Shown here: positions 20,017 through 30,039 of the stretch, piece after piece
How positions within the stretch are numbered: position 1 is the stretch's first letter
Layout of the letters: every line of letters starts with the position of its first letter
Assembly (NCBI GenBank): GCA_963695555.1
Contig: CAVOGR010000005.1
Coordinates: 320,001-384,000, forward strand
Direction of reading: 5' to 3'
Length of the DNA stretch: 64,000 nucleotides
Source of the DNA: an uncultured Gemmatimonadales bacterium
GTDB lineage: Bacteria; Gemmatimonadota; Gemmatimonadetes; Gemmatimonadales; GWC2-71-9
The notes under the pieces: model-generated
Database searches by the model: none
The model's input: the letters and a program-made list of their open reading frames with translations, nothing else
What the model was told of the DNA's origin: nothing
Translations under genes and position numbers: made by a program

Positions 20017-22003
20017 GGTCCCGGACTCTCCTGTTGCAGTTCACTGCCCTCCCGGCGCTGCACGTTGCCGACCAGCGCCAGGTAGCTCTCCGCAAAGTGG
20101 AGCGCGAACCCCGCGAACGACGGGAAGCGCCCGAGTTCGGCCCTGGTGCCGTCCATTACCTCGCGGAGGCGGCGGGAGCCATGCCGTGCGAAGGTGATCT
20201 TGCTGGCTGGCACATCCACGCGGCGCGTGACGCGCCACCACCAGAGGGCCTGATGATCAAGCCCCTGGTCCTCGAACCACACGGCCATGGATCGCTGCTC
20301 GTCGCCGAGTCTCGGGCTCGGCCCTCCGGCACGAGATAGATGCGAATCGAATCTTCGTGCGGTGCCAGGACCACCACGGAGCCCGCCGGCCAGGTGGCCG
20401 GCAGGCCGCGCGCAGGCTTGCCCCTGAACTCGAGCAGCACCTCGTCGGGTAGCTCCGACGTCTCGAGCCCGATGAATACCGGCTTGCCCTGTTGGGCCGC
20501 GTAGGTCAGCTCGCCCGTGGCATGGCGGATGGTTCCGTCCGCTCCGTAGGCCATGGTGCGATAGTCCATGATGGACACATCATCGACCAGATCGATCAGG
20601 TGCTCATTCAGCGGCTTTCGGACTCCGTTCCATTCTACCATGACCCGCTCCGACGTTGCCTCGTCCGGCGCATCGTACCAGAACGGGATATCCACGCCGT
20701 AGGCCAGCCCCGCGGCACGGGCGCGCTCGGCGGATCGTGCCGTCAGGTCGAGCAGCTGCCGCACCACCTGCTCGCGATCGGGGCCGTGAAAGGCCGGCAG
20801 GATATACGGCTCGATGTCGTAGCGAATACCGATGAATCGCTCTGACGGCTTCGACTCCGCGTTGTAGCGGATCACATGATCGACCGTCCGCAGCACTCCG
20901 GCGTGGAATTCCGGCAATGCGTAGCGCGCGTACCCGTCGAGCGCGTACACCGCCATCCCGCGCCGGGTGAAAGCAGCCATGAGCGGCCGCAGGGTCACGG
21001 CGTCGATCGTGATTTCGCCCGGTACGCCGCGTTGCCCTGGTGGGTCCGGCAGCTGGAGGAAGACGCGATCGAAGCCTTCGCGGGCGAGCGCATCGAGCAA
21101 CGTGTCCCGGTGGGTGCTGTCGGCCAGCAGCGCACGCGTATTCCAGAGCCAGGTCGCCAGGTGCTCCGGCGGGCTGGGCGAGGGTTCGGCCGTAGGCTCC
21201 GGGAGTGATGGGAGTGCGGTCGGCCTGAGCGAGAAGGCGACGCGGCCGAGGTCGATGTCCGAACGTCCCGGCGATACCGCTTCCCACACGAGGAGGGCCA
21301 AGGTCGCGCGGTCGATGCGTGGTGGGAACCGGTCGAGTGGAACGATGGCTTGCTGCCAGGCCGTGTCGACCCGGCCGCTCGGGAGGAAGTCGGCAAGGTC
21401 GCCGATGACGAGAGCGTCTTGCTTCAGCTCCCACCGGGCGTCGGCCACCTTGAGCAGGAGCTGTTCGCCTCCCTGGTGGCCGCGAACCCAAAAGCTCAGG
21501 GTGGAAAACGGGGTTCCGTCCAGGTAGCTCCGGGTGTCCGGCGAGGCCTCGAAGTCATAGAGCTGAATCCAGAGTCCACAAAACCCCGCGTCGGCCTTGT
21601 CGCAGCTGAGCGTGAGCGCGCGCCGGCCATCCGCCGTGGGCCCAACCGTGGCCGATCCCTCCGACGGCGCTCGCGCGAACGTGCTGAAATACCCGCCCAG
21701 CGCGGATCTGTTGCTCCGGGCAAAGTCGCCCACGACGAGGTTGTTGCCCGTGAAGCTTGGGGTCGCTCCTTCGATGCGGAGTTTCGGGGGCGCGGGAATC
21801 ACGTCGCGCAAGCGGCGCACCTCCAGTCGAGGCCCGTCTGGGGTGGCCACGACGGCCACGCGGCCGAAGCGGAGATGGGCCACGGAGCCCACCGCCCACT
21901 CTGCTCCGTCCACCGCTTGGGTGAGGATGGTTCGGTGGGTCTGGGCAGCAGAGCCCGGGGCGAGGGCCAGGGCCCCGATCGAGCAGAGCACGAACCGTCT
22001 CAT
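20013..22003 (-). CDS. Secreted protein with CBM11/CIA30-like domain plus TIM-barrel glycoside-hydrolase-like domain; frameshift near 20290
   Basis: Signal peptide MRRFVLCSIGALALA; LSFWVRG...WQQAIVPLDRF; ATWLWN, YALDG, GIRYDIEPY, DIPFWYD, IMDYR; C-terminus continues in ORF 20013-20288. Confidence 0.6.
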
Positions 22004-22119
22004 ATGTAGCGGAATATAGGAAGTCCGTTCGGATTCGTCGCTCTCGGAGCGTGCCAAGCCGCGGCGGATGGACGTCACAGGCCGGCCACAGCCGCAGAGG
22101 CATGCGGCCCAGTCGCCGT

Positions 22120-22172
22120 TGCGGTTCGTCCCGCTCTCCTGCGGTTCGTCCCACCCTGCTGGAGTTCATCCC
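22120..22172 (+). promoter_or_regulatory. Three direct repeats, probable LytTR operator
   Basis: TGCGGTTCGTCCC (22120), TGCGGTTCGTCCC (22140), TGGAGTTCATCCC (22160); 20-bp period, upstream of the lipoprotein-lytS-lytTR unit. Confidence 0.7.
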
Positions 22173-22263
22173 CTCAGAATGCGCCGTCCCAGTATTGTGG
22201 CGTCCTTATCCCCGAGCCGGCGTGCGCCGGCTGACTCCCTTATCCCCATGTAAGGAGCATACC

Positions 22264-22914
22264 ATGCGATTCGTATCCCCAGCTGTTGTGTCCGTTCTCG
22301 GCCTGGCCAGCGTCCTAGGGGCGTGCGACACGGCTTCGAGCGACGGCGCGTTCTCGCCAGCCCCCGCGCTTGCGGCAGCTGCCGCAGGCTCGGGTGGTGC
22401 CGTCATCGTGCGCGGCACCACCTTGGCGTTCCTCGTGCACCTGGACAGCGAACGCGGCCTGCTCAGCGTCCACGCTCCTTCCAACGTGTGCACCATTGGA
22501 AGTCTCAACCAGGCGGAGTTCAAGTTCGTCATTACCCCGTCAGCCATCGGGCAATTCATAGCACAGCTCAAGTCCGATGACGAGCAAGTTGCCGTGTACC
22601 AAGCCTCCTCGTTTGCCGAGGCGGGAATGACGGGGACGGCGGAGATCGGAGGACTTGGAGATATCCTGGACTTCACCCAATTCTGCGGCTTCTTGGAGGG
22701 ACCGGCCCGGATCGCCGAGGGCAGCGTGCGCCGGGTTTCCAACCTCTCGAACGCCAGCTTCACGGCGCACTGGGTAGGAACCATCCAGGGCGTGGGTGGT
22801 GAAGACGTGAAGATCACGGAACTCTATCAACTCGGTGCCGATGCCAAGGATCCCAACAACACGGACGCCTATGTGGTCCACGTTTCGAAAATCTTGCTCT
22901 CTCCCCGCGGGTGA
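22264..22914 (+). CDS. Hypothetical lipoprotein
   Basis: AAGGAG RBS; lipobox VLGAC. Confidence 0.8.
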   Translation: MRFVSPAVVSVLGLASVLGACDTASSDGAFSPAPALAAAAAGSGGAVIVRGTTLAFLVHLDSERGLLSVHAPSNVCTIGSLNQAEFKFVITPSAIGQFIAQLKSDDEQVAVYQASSFAEAGMTGTAEIGGLGDILDFTQFCGFLEGPARIAEGSVRRVSNLSNASFTAHWVGTIQGVGGEDVKITELYQLGADAKDPNNTDAYVVHVSKILLSPRG

Positions 22915-22965
22915 TCTGCGAGAGACCGGGCGGCGCAGGCCGCCCGGTACTCCACCTTAACGGCC

Positions 22966-24129
22966 ATGCCACTCGAGCCGCACCGTACGGTCCACGGTCT
23001 GCTTCGCCCGTCAGGCTACGCACTCGTCGCTGCCCTGGTGCTCGGGGCGATCGAAACCGTCAAGGGCTATGTGGCAGGCTTGTCGGCCCCCAACGAATTC
23101 GGGTGGGACGAGGCCCTGCTCACCAACATGCCTTGGTGGCTTCTCTGGGCGCTCATGGCTCCGCTCGTATTTTGGCTCGTGCGCGTCGTCCCGTTGCGGG
23201 GCCCCGGCCGCGCGCGCGCTGTTGCCGGTCATTTCGTTGTGTCACTTGGGCTCTCACTGAGTCACCTCATAGTTTCCGCCGCTGGAGTCTGGCTGGCCGT
23301 TGCCCGCGAGTTCACTTCTCTGCAGGGCGTCATTCGCGATTTCTTGGCGGGATACCTCGTGAGCGACCTGGTTACCTACTGGGCGCTGGTCGCGGCCTAC
23401 TCAACCTACGATTCCTACCATCGGCTCCGTGAGACCGAGCGCGAGCGCCATGACTTGGCACTTCGGGCCACTCGGCTCGAGGCAGAGGCGGCACAGCTCG
23501 AGGCTAAGATGACGGAGGCCCGGCTCGACGCCTTGCGGATGGAGTTGAATCCCCATTTCCTCTTCAATACGCTGAATACAGCCTCCGCTCTTACGCAGGA
23601 GGGCGACGGAGCCCTGGCAGTACAAGTGCTGGCCCGGCTCTCCGAACTTCTCCGCCGAACACTGTACGACAGCACCGAACACGAGATCCCGCTCGAGGAG
23701 GAGATGGACCTGCTCGAGCAGTATCTCGCCATCCAGCGGATCCGTTTTCGAGACCGCCTGACGGTCGACGTGCAGCTGGCCCCGGAGGTCCGGAATGCGC
23801 TCGTCCCGACCTTGATTCTCCAGCCCCTCGCGGAAAACGCGATGCTCCACGGCGTCTCGGCTGTCCGTGGGAAGGCCGAGTTGCAGGTTCAGGCAACCCA
23901 GGTCGACGGAGATGTCCTCAGGCTCACCATGCGCGATAGTGGCTCGGGTTTGGAACGAAACGCCGGGCCTCACCGCGAAGGGATCGGGCTTGGGAACACC
24001 CGGGACCGACTGGCTGCGCTCTATGGCGACAAGGCACGCCTTCTGCTGCGGAGCCCTACTCAGGGTGGGACGGAAGTGATCCTCACGATGCCTCTCCGGT
24101 GGGACGAGGACGTTCGTGTCAAACCTTGA
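22966..24129 (+). CDS. LytS/YehU-family sensor histidine kinase
   Basis: TM helices, ELNPHFLFNTLN, LQPLAENAMLHG, GIGLGNTRDRL. Confidence 0.93.
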   Translation: MPLEPHRTVHGLLRPSGYALVAALVLGAIETVKGYVAGLSAPNEFGWDEALLTNMPWWLLWALMAPLVFWLVRVVPLRGPGRARAVAGHFVVSLGLSLSHLIVSAAGVWLAVAREFTSLQGVIRDFLAGYLVSDLVTYWALVAAYSTYDSYHRLRETERERHDLALRATRLEAEAAQLEAKMTEARLDALRMELNPHFLFNTLNTASALTQEGDGALAVQVLARLSELLRRTLYDSTEHEIPLEEEMDLLEQYLAIQRIRFRDRLTVDVQLAPEVRNALVPTLILQPLAENAMLHGVSAVRGKAELQVQATQVDGDVLRLTMRDSGSGLERNAGPHREGIGLGNTRDRLAALYGDKARLLLRSPTQGGTEVILTMPLRWDEDVRVKP

Positions 24130-24904
24130 TCCGCCTGAGCTCCGGATCCTGATCGTCGATGACGAGCCCCTTGCGCGTCAGTTCGTGCGCCGCGTTCTCG
24201 AGAGCCTCCCCAGGGTCCGAGTCGTTGGGGAATGTACCGATGGGGTCACGGCCATACGAGAGATCCAGCAGGGGTCCGTGGACCTGGTCATGCTCGATGT
24301 CCAGATGCCAGAGGTGAGCGGCTTTGATGTCATCGAGCGGGTTGGTGCCGAGGCCATGCCTGAGGTCATCTTCGTGACAGCCCATGAGGAATACACTCTC
24401 AGGGCTTTCGAGGTTCATGCACTCGACTATGTCGTCAAGCCATTCGACCCGGCTCGTCTCACGTCCGCCGTCGAGCATGCCCGAAGCAGGATCATGCCGG
24501 CCGACGGCCGAGACTCATCCCTGCCCGACCGGCTCACCTCACTCCTGGAGGGGCGCACCGGACCGCGGTTAGCCCGATACGCCAGACGTTTGATGGTCCG
24601 GCAGGGCGAGCAAATCCAGTTCGTGCCGCTGGAAGAGGTCCAATGGTTCGAAGCCGCTCGAAACTATGTTCGACTCCACGTTGGTACGGAGACGCACCTG
24701 GTCCGTATGTCGCTCAAGGGGCTGCTTCCTCTTCTCGATCCGGCCCGCTTCGTCCGAGTCCACCGCTCGGCCGTGGTGAACCTCGATTGGATCCGCGAGG
24801 TCCAGCCCTGGTTCGGTGGCGACTACGTGGTGGCCCTCGTTGGAGGGGAAAAGCTCCGAGTGGGGCGCACGTTTCGGGACGGATTGCTCAAACTAGCCCA
24901 CTGA
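24116..24904 (+). CDS. LytTR-family response regulator
   Basis: REC domain (VDDEPLAR, LDVQMP) plus LytTR domain (FVRVHRSAVVN). Confidence 0.95.
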   Translation: MSNLDPPELRILIVDDEPLARQFVRRVLESLPRVRVVGECTDGVTAIREIQQGSVDLVMLDVQMPEVSGFDVIERVGAEAMPEVIFVTAHEEYTLRAFEVHALDYVVKPFDPARLTSAVEHARSRIMPADGRDSSLPDRLTSLLEGRTGPRLARYARRLMVRQGEQIQFVPLEEVQWFEAARNYVRLHVGTETHLVRMSLKGLLPLLDPARFVRVHRSAVVNLDWIREVQPWFGGDYVVALVGGEKLRVGRTFRDGLLKLAH

Positions 24905-24911
24905 GTACAGC

Positions 24912-24946
24912 GCTGAGCGCGGCGCCTGCGTGGGCCCGCGCTCAGC
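24912..24946. terminator. Hairpin between convergent genes
   Basis: Perfect 11-bp stem GCTGAGCGCGG/CCGCGCTCAGC; no U-tract. Confidence 0.5.
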
Positions 24947-25907
24947 TGCTTCGCTGCCGAGCCCCCTTCTTGTAGAACTGGGCTTCTTTGGCGTACCCGG
25001 CCGTGAGAGCGGAGATTCGCTCGAGGGCCGGTGCGCCGGCCTGCTGGAACTCGGCGGCAATGGCTACGTTTTCCTCCAGCTGCTCGATAGTGTCACATCC
25101 GACGATCACCGTACTCACCGGTTGGGAGAGGACCCAGTGCATGGCCTCCCGCATTGAATTGAGCCCACCCTCGCGGAACAGCCTGCCCCGGGCCGGGATC
25201 TTCATGGCAATGACCCCCATGTTCTTCTGATTCGCGAGCGGGAGCAGCCCGTCAGTGAATGGGAGATAGTGCGGGTCGGCGGCATTGAGCGCCATGAGGA
25301 TGGTATCGAACTCGAAATCGCTGATGGCCTGCATGAGCACGGCCGGATCGTAGTGCCCGGTTACGCCGAGGAACCGCACCAATCCCTCTCGACGGGCTCG
25401 TTGCAGAGCCTCCAGCGCGCCACCCGGACCGCGAATCTGGTCCCACTCGTCGGCTCGTCCGAGCCGATGGAGCTGCCAGAGATCGAGATGGTCGGTCTGG
25501 AGCAGCCGGAGGCTCTCGTCGAGGAGCCGCATCGAGCCGTCGTAGGTCCGGTCGTGCGTCTTGCTCGCGAGGAATACCTCGCGGCGGCGCGTCGCCATCA
25601 CGTCGCCGATATAGCGTTGACTCAGTCCCCGGCCATAGGCCGCGGCCGTGTCGATGTAGTTGACGCCAAGGTCGATGGCCCGGTGGATGATGGCGACCGA
25701 TTCGTCCCGTTTGCCTGCCTGCTCGAGGGTGGCCTGACCTCCCAGGCTGAACAGCTTGACATCATGCCCGGTCCGTCCGAGCGGCCTGGTCGGCATGAGC
25801 GCGCTTGATTCGGTCGCGAAGCCGGCCTTGGCCTGGAGGAACACCGCGGCCGCACCCGCGGCCCCGACCTTCACGAAGTCCCGTCTGTTCAGCTCGTGCT
25901 CCGTCAT
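24942..25907 (-). CDS. Aldo/keto reductase with Tat signal
   Basis: NRRDFVK, YIDTAAAYG, FLASKT, LDLWQLH. Confidence 0.9.
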   Translation of the reverse strand: MTEHELNRRDFVKVGAAGAAAVFLQAKAGFATESSALMPTRPLGRTGHDVKLFSLGGQATLEQAGKRDESVAIIHRAIDLGVNYIDTAAAYGRGLSQRYIGDVMATRRREVFLASKTHDRTYDGSMRLLDESLRLLQTDHLDLWQLHRLGRADEWDQIRGPGGALEALQRARREGLVRFLGVTGHYDPAVLMQAISDFEFDTILMALNAADPHYLPFTDGLLPLANQKNMGVIAMKIPARGRLFREGGLNSMREAMHWVLSQPVSTVIVGCDTIEQLEENVAIAAEFQQAGAPALERISALTAGYAKEAQFYKKGARQRSS

Positions 25908-26139
25908 GACCGCCTCCGTGCGGCGAGTATTGGCCCCACTGCTGGCTACGAAGCCCCCTCGAGCCCAATCATTTCCCGGTCCACGTTAAGCGGTCATGAA
26001 ATCCGCATGAAGGGACCAGCCGTGTCCGGATCCTGGGCTGCGGCCTGGTTCTCCCGTCGTTACATTCACGGCGGGAGAATCACCGTTGGATGCCGAATGC
26101 CTCCTGGCCTCCGGTATCAATCACCACGGAGTCTTGACC

Positions 26140-26565
26140 ATGGGAAAGACGTATCAATCCATCGTGATCGACGCTCCTGCCGACCGCGTGTGGAAGACGA
26201 TCCGCAACTTTCACGACCTGAGCTGGTGTCCGAATGTGATCACCAAGGTCGAGCCGGTGGGGGACGTGCCCGGAGACCACGTCGGTGCCAAGCGGGTGCT
26301 CAATGGGGCATTTCATGAAACCTTGCAGGAGCTGAAGGACGAGGGGCGGACCTTCGCGTACTCGATCACCGATGGTCCGTCCCCGGTGTCCAAGGCCGAG
26401 GTGAGTAACTATGTGGGCCGGGTGACCGTCCGACCCATTACCCAAGGGGGTGGCACGTTTGTCGAGTGGTCGTCCAGCTGGAAGAAGAACGACCAGGCCG
26501 CACACGAATTCTGCCACACCATCTATTGCGCGCTGTTGGGCGAGATGAAACAGAGCCTCGAGTAG
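26140..26565 (+). CDS. SRPBCC/polyketide cyclase-like protein
   Basis: IDAPADRVWKTIRNF...GTFVEWSS. Confidence 0.85.
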   Translation: MGKTYQSIVIDAPADRVWKTIRNFHDLSWCPNVITKVEPVGDVPGDHVGAKRVLNGAFHETLQELKDEGRTFAYSITDGPSPVSKAEVSNYVGRVTVRPITQGGGTFVEWSSSWKKNDQAAHEFCHTIYCALLGEMKQSLE

Positions 26566-26574
26566 GGACGGCGC

Positions 26575-27642
26575 ATGAAGGTCTCACGCCGGCTCTCGTT
26601 CCTGGATCGATACCTGACCCTGTGGATTTTCCTCGCCATGGGGTTCGGCATCGCGATCGGTTATCTGGTCCCCGGCGCACCTGCATTGATCGAGCGCTAT
26701 CAGATCGGCACTACCAATATCCCGATCGCGATCGGCTTGATCCTCATGATGTACCCGCCCCTGGCCAAGGTCCGCTACGAGGCCCTCGGCCACGTGTTCC
26801 GGAACCGCCGGATCCTCGCCTTGTCCTTGTTCCAGAATTGGGTCGTCGGCCCGGTGGTTATGTTTTTGCTGGCGATCCTCCTGCTCCGCGACTTACCCGA
26901 GTACGCGGTGGGCCTCATCCTGGTGGGCCTCGCACGGTGCATCGCGATGGTCCTGGTGTGGAACGACTTGGCATCGGGCGACCGCGACCTCGTGGCCGGG
27001 CTGGTGGCATTGAACGCCATCTTCCAGGTGCTGTTCTACGGGGTGTACGCCTACATCTTCATCACCGTGCTCCCGCCGCTCTTCGGAATGGAGGGGGCCA
27101 TCGTGCCGGTGACGATCGGCGAGATTGCCCAGAGTGTGGCGATATACTTGGGCATCCCGTTTGTCGCCGGCTTGATCTCCCGCTTGAGCCTAATCCGCGC
27201 CAGAGGAAGGGAGTGGTACGAGCGGGTGTTCGTTCCAAAGATCAGTCCGATTACGCTGGTGGCCCTGCTCTTTACCATCGTGGTGATGTTCTCGCTCAAG
27301 GGCGACCTGATCGTCGAGCTCCCACTCGACGTGCTCCGCATCGCGCTGCCGCTGGCCATCTACTTCGTCGTCATGTTCTTCCTCACCTTCTTCGTGGCCC
27401 GTGGCAAGCTGGTCAAGGCGGGGTATGCCGAGAACGCCACCGTGTCATTGACGGCCGCGAGCAACGACTTCGAACTCGCGATCGCGGTGGCGGTGGCCGT
27501 GTTCGGTATCGGGTCGGGTGTGGCCTTCGCGACGGTCATCGGGCCGCTGGTGGAGGTGCCGGTCCTGATCGGGCTGGTCAACGTGGCCCTCTACTTCCGC
27601 CGGAAGTTCTACCGTGCCGAGGCGAGCGCGGGGGTCAGCTAG
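26575..27642 (+). CDS. acr3: ACR3-family arsenite efflux transporter
   Basis: [46 protein letters not shown]. Confidence 0.96.
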   Translation: MKVSRRLSFLDRYLTLWIFLAMGFGIAIGYLVPGAPALIERYQIGTTNIPIAIGLILMMYPPLAKVRYEALGHVFRNRRILALSLFQNWVVGPVVMFLLAILLLRDLPEYAVGLILVGLARCIAMVLVWNDLASGDRDLVAGLVALNAIFQVLFYGVYAYIFITVLPPLFGMEGAIVPVTIGEIAQSVAIYLGIPFVAGLISRLSLIRARGREWYERVFVPKISPITLVALLFTIVVMFSLKGDLIVELPLDVLRIALPLAIYFVVMFFLTFFVARGKLVKAGYAENATVSLTAASNDFELAIAVAVAVFGIGSGVAFATVIGPLVEVPVLIGLVNVALYFRRKFYRAEASAGVS

Positions 27643-27981
27643 CCGCTGATCGCCCCGGCAGAGGGCTCCCGCCATTCCCAGGTGATGATTTGGTGTGCGA
27701 GCTTGACGCCAAACTAGAGGCTGAATTGGACCCATCATGATGTACCACAGTGTGTTACGCCACTATACGTCACCTAGATTCTCAGGTCAACCGGCTTGAG
27801 AGGGGTGTGGATGGCATCGTGTTGGCTGTGCGCTACCATCGACTGGTGCGCCAGCGCGATAATCTTTGGCCCAAATGGTGAAAGAAACTGCAGTCGCGAC
27901 AAGGAGTTGACAGGCGGCAACCTCTTGTAGATATTGTAGTTGGACGCAGCGATATCAAAGTCTTCGTTGGTCTGGGTCACT

Positions 27982-27997
27982 CGGTCCGGTACTTGCA
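27982..27997 (+). promoter_or_regulatory. Putative sigma-54 (-24/-12) promoter of the lasso precursor
   Basis: CGGTCCGGTACTTGCA has GG-N10-GC spacing and TTGCA; IHF-like TATCAAagtcTTC at 27953-27965. Confidence 0.4.
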
Positions 27998-28052
27998 ACC
28001 AAGCAATATCCGCACACATGTGTGACGTACCTTTCGGCCGCAAGGAGGCAGT

Positions 28053-28172
28053 GTGAATCACAAGACTTCGAAGACCAAGTGGGAAAGACCTCGTATGGAG
28101 GTCAAGCCGCTCGAGGACACTCGTGCTGGAAAAGGCGTTCAGAACGATGGTCAATTCGAGTTGCAGAGCTAG
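28053..28172 (+). CDS. Lasso peptide precursor (39 aa): MNHKTSKTKWERPRMEVKPLEDTR-AGKGVQNDGQFELQS
   Basis: Translated by hand; AAGGAGG RBS, GTG start, WxxP leader motif, Thr at -2, Asp at core position 8, C-terminal Ser; directly upstream of the lasso genes. Confidence 0.92.
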   Translation: MNHKTSKTKWERPRMEVKPLEDTRAGKGVQNDGQFELQS

Positions 28173-28195
28173 GTAGCCTGGATTCATCGAGGCTG

Positions 28196-28230
28196 AGCGT
28201 CCCCCCGGGAAGCCGGGGGGACGCTTTTTT
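28196..28230 (+). terminator. Rho-independent terminator after the lasso precursor
   Basis: Stem AGCGTCCCCCCGG / CCGGGGGGACGCT with GAAG loop, followed by a T run. Confidence 0.9.
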
Positions 28231-28334
28231 CTGTATGCCAGCCGGTCGTGGTGCACCAAGCGGGGTGGGGTCCGTATCTTGCTTACTTCGCCTTGGTCCC
28301 CCCACGTCCCTTTCCCGAGGTATGGCAGGAGCGA

Positions 28335-29237
28335 ATGTCGGATTGGACTGACTACCGGTATGCCGGGCTCAGAGTCCGCTCATGCGTTGAGCTTCCTGGT
28401 GTCGAGCGCCTGGCCACCGGGCCCGACGCGGATGTGACTGTCACATGGGCCGCTGTTCCCCCGGTTTCGACTCCCCGGAACCTTCCGGAGGCGTGGGGCA
28501 TGGTGGGTGATACGTTGGTAATCACGGTCAAAGACGTGGGCCGGTTCGCAGTGTCTTCTGATGGGCAAGTCGTGGTGGATCCCGTCCACGGCGCCCGCCC
28601 CGCCGACCTGGCGCTCTACGTGATGGGTCCTGTATTCGGGGCGGTCTGTCATCGGCACGGGATATTACCGCTCCACGCCAGTGCCGTTCATATCGGCAAC
28701 GCCTGCGTGGCGTTTGCCGGACACTCAGGAGCGGGAAAATCGACGCTGGCCGGGTTTCTGACGCGCCGCGGCTTCGGCCTGGTGGCCGACGATATCTGTG
28801 TCGTGGCTCCCGGAGATGAACTGGCCGTCTGGCCCGGCCCGCCTCGCCTCAAGTTGAGCACCGTCGGCCTGGAGGCGATGGATGAGGATTGGACCGTGCT
28901 GGCACATGCGGGCGGTACTCGGGAGCGATACCAACTCACCCGCGAGCGCGATGGCGGCAGCTCCGATCCCGTCCCCCTGCACCGGCTCTACGTCATGGCA
29001 CAGGGCCCGGAACTCCGATTAGAACCAGTCACCGGACTGGATGCCGTCCAGGCGGTCACCAGCCAGACGTACTGTTTGGGCTTTGTGGACGCGCTGGGCG
29101 TCTCGGCACGTCATTTTCAGTTGAGTGTGAATGTGGCGAAGCGATTGGAGATCCGGCGGCTCATCAGGCCGCTGGGCTTTCAGCACATGGATCGAATACT
29201 CCACATGCTCGAGTCTGATTGGCAGGAGGGCGCTTGA
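28335..29237 (+). CDS. HprK-like lasso peptide kinase (PadeK/ThcoK-type)
   Basis: LPLHASAV, GHSGAGKSTL, LVADD; located in the lasso cluster. Confidence 0.88.
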   Translation: MSDWTDYRYAGLRVRSCVELPGVERLATGPDADVTVTWAAVPPVSTPRNLPEAWGMVGDTLVITVKDVGRFAVSSDGQVVVDPVHGARPADLALYVMGPVFGAVCHRHGILPLHASAVHIGNACVAFAGHSGAGKSTLAGFLTRRGFGLVADDICVVAPGDELAVWPGPPRLKLSTVGLEAMDEDWTVLAHAGGTRERYQLTRERDGGSSDPVPLHRLYVMAQGPELRLEPVTGLDAVQAVTSQTYCLGFVDALGVSARHFQLSVNVAKRLEIRRLIRPLGFQHMDRILHMLESDWQEGA

Positions 29238-29275
29238 CCCGTCATACCCACCGACGATCTGGAAGGGAGAAAAGC

Positions 29276-29605
29276 GTGAACGGCATTTCGAAGATTAGTC
29301 CCGCGGCCGTGTTGGTCCGGAACGACGAGCCGGTGTCGGTTGAAGTCGAACGCAGCGTCGTGATGATGAGCCTGGACCTCGGCAAGTACTTCGGGTTGAA
29401 CGAGGTCGGGAGCAGGATTTGGGAGCTGCTCGAACGGCCGCGCCCGATGGCCGATCTGTGTGCCGTGCTGCAGCAGGAGTTCGACGTGGACCCCGATGCC
29501 TGCCACGCAGAGGTGAGCGAGTTCCTCCTGGCCCTGGCCAACGAGGGCCTGATCCAGATCGACAATGACCCGCCTAGCCCGATTCGTCAGACTCCCAAGC
29601 CCTGA
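29276..29605 (+). CDS. Lasso RRE/PqqD-family B1 protein
   Basis: GKYFGLNEVGSRIWELLERP...EFDVDP...FLLALANEGLI. Confidence 0.93.
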   Translation: MNGISKISPAAVLVRNDEPVSVEVERSVVMMSLDLGKYFGLNEVGSRIWELLERPRPMADLCAVLQQEFDVDPDACHAEVSEFLLALANEGLIQIDNDPPSPIRQTPKP

Positions 29606-30002
29606 TCGCGGGGCGCTGATCGAGGCAGCCCTCGCCCTGGGACTCTCGAGCCTGCTCATTCGGACGGTCGGCTTCTCCCGGATCGCTCGTCGGCTTGGTC
29701 GGCACATGGCGGAAGGGCCGACAGCCGTTACGCCCGAGTCGGTGTCGGACGCGGCTCGCGTCAAGTGGGCGGTCGATACGGCGGCGCGGGTACTTCCCTG
29801 GAAGCCGGTCTGCTTGCCCCAGGCAATAGCGGCAACGCTGATGCTGAAGCGACGGAACGTTGCCAGCACACTCTATCTTGGCGTGGACCCCGCGCGGGCG
29901 CTCGACGCTCACGCCTGGGTACGAGTTGGCGAGATGACGGTCACCGGAGGCCCGGTGGACCAACGCTTCGCCGTGGTCTCGACCTTTGCGCGCCCGGGGT
30001 GA
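29565..30002 (+). CDS. Lasso leader peptidase B2 (transglutaminase-like)
   Basis: VCLPQAIA...LYLGV...AHAWV. Confidence 0.93.
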   Translation: MTRLARFVRLPSPDRGALIEAALALGLSSLLIRTVGFSRIARRLGRHMAEGPTAVTPESVSDAARVKWAVDTAARVLPWKPVCLPQAIAATLMLKRRNVASTLYLGVDPARALDAHAWVRVGEMTVTGGPVDQRFAVVSTFARPG

Positions 30003-30039
30003 TGCCCAATGCCCCGATGGAACAACTCGTGACCGCCTC

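Noticed and set aside
22120..22172. Possible mini-CRISPR array
   Set aside because: 13-bp repeats with 7-bp spacers are far too short and no cas genes are present; a transcription factor operator fits better
27811..27930. Cys-rich 39-codon ORF (MASCWLCATIDWC...) as a second RiPP precursor
   Set aside because: No lasso leader motifs, weak RBS, and it overlaps putative promoter elements
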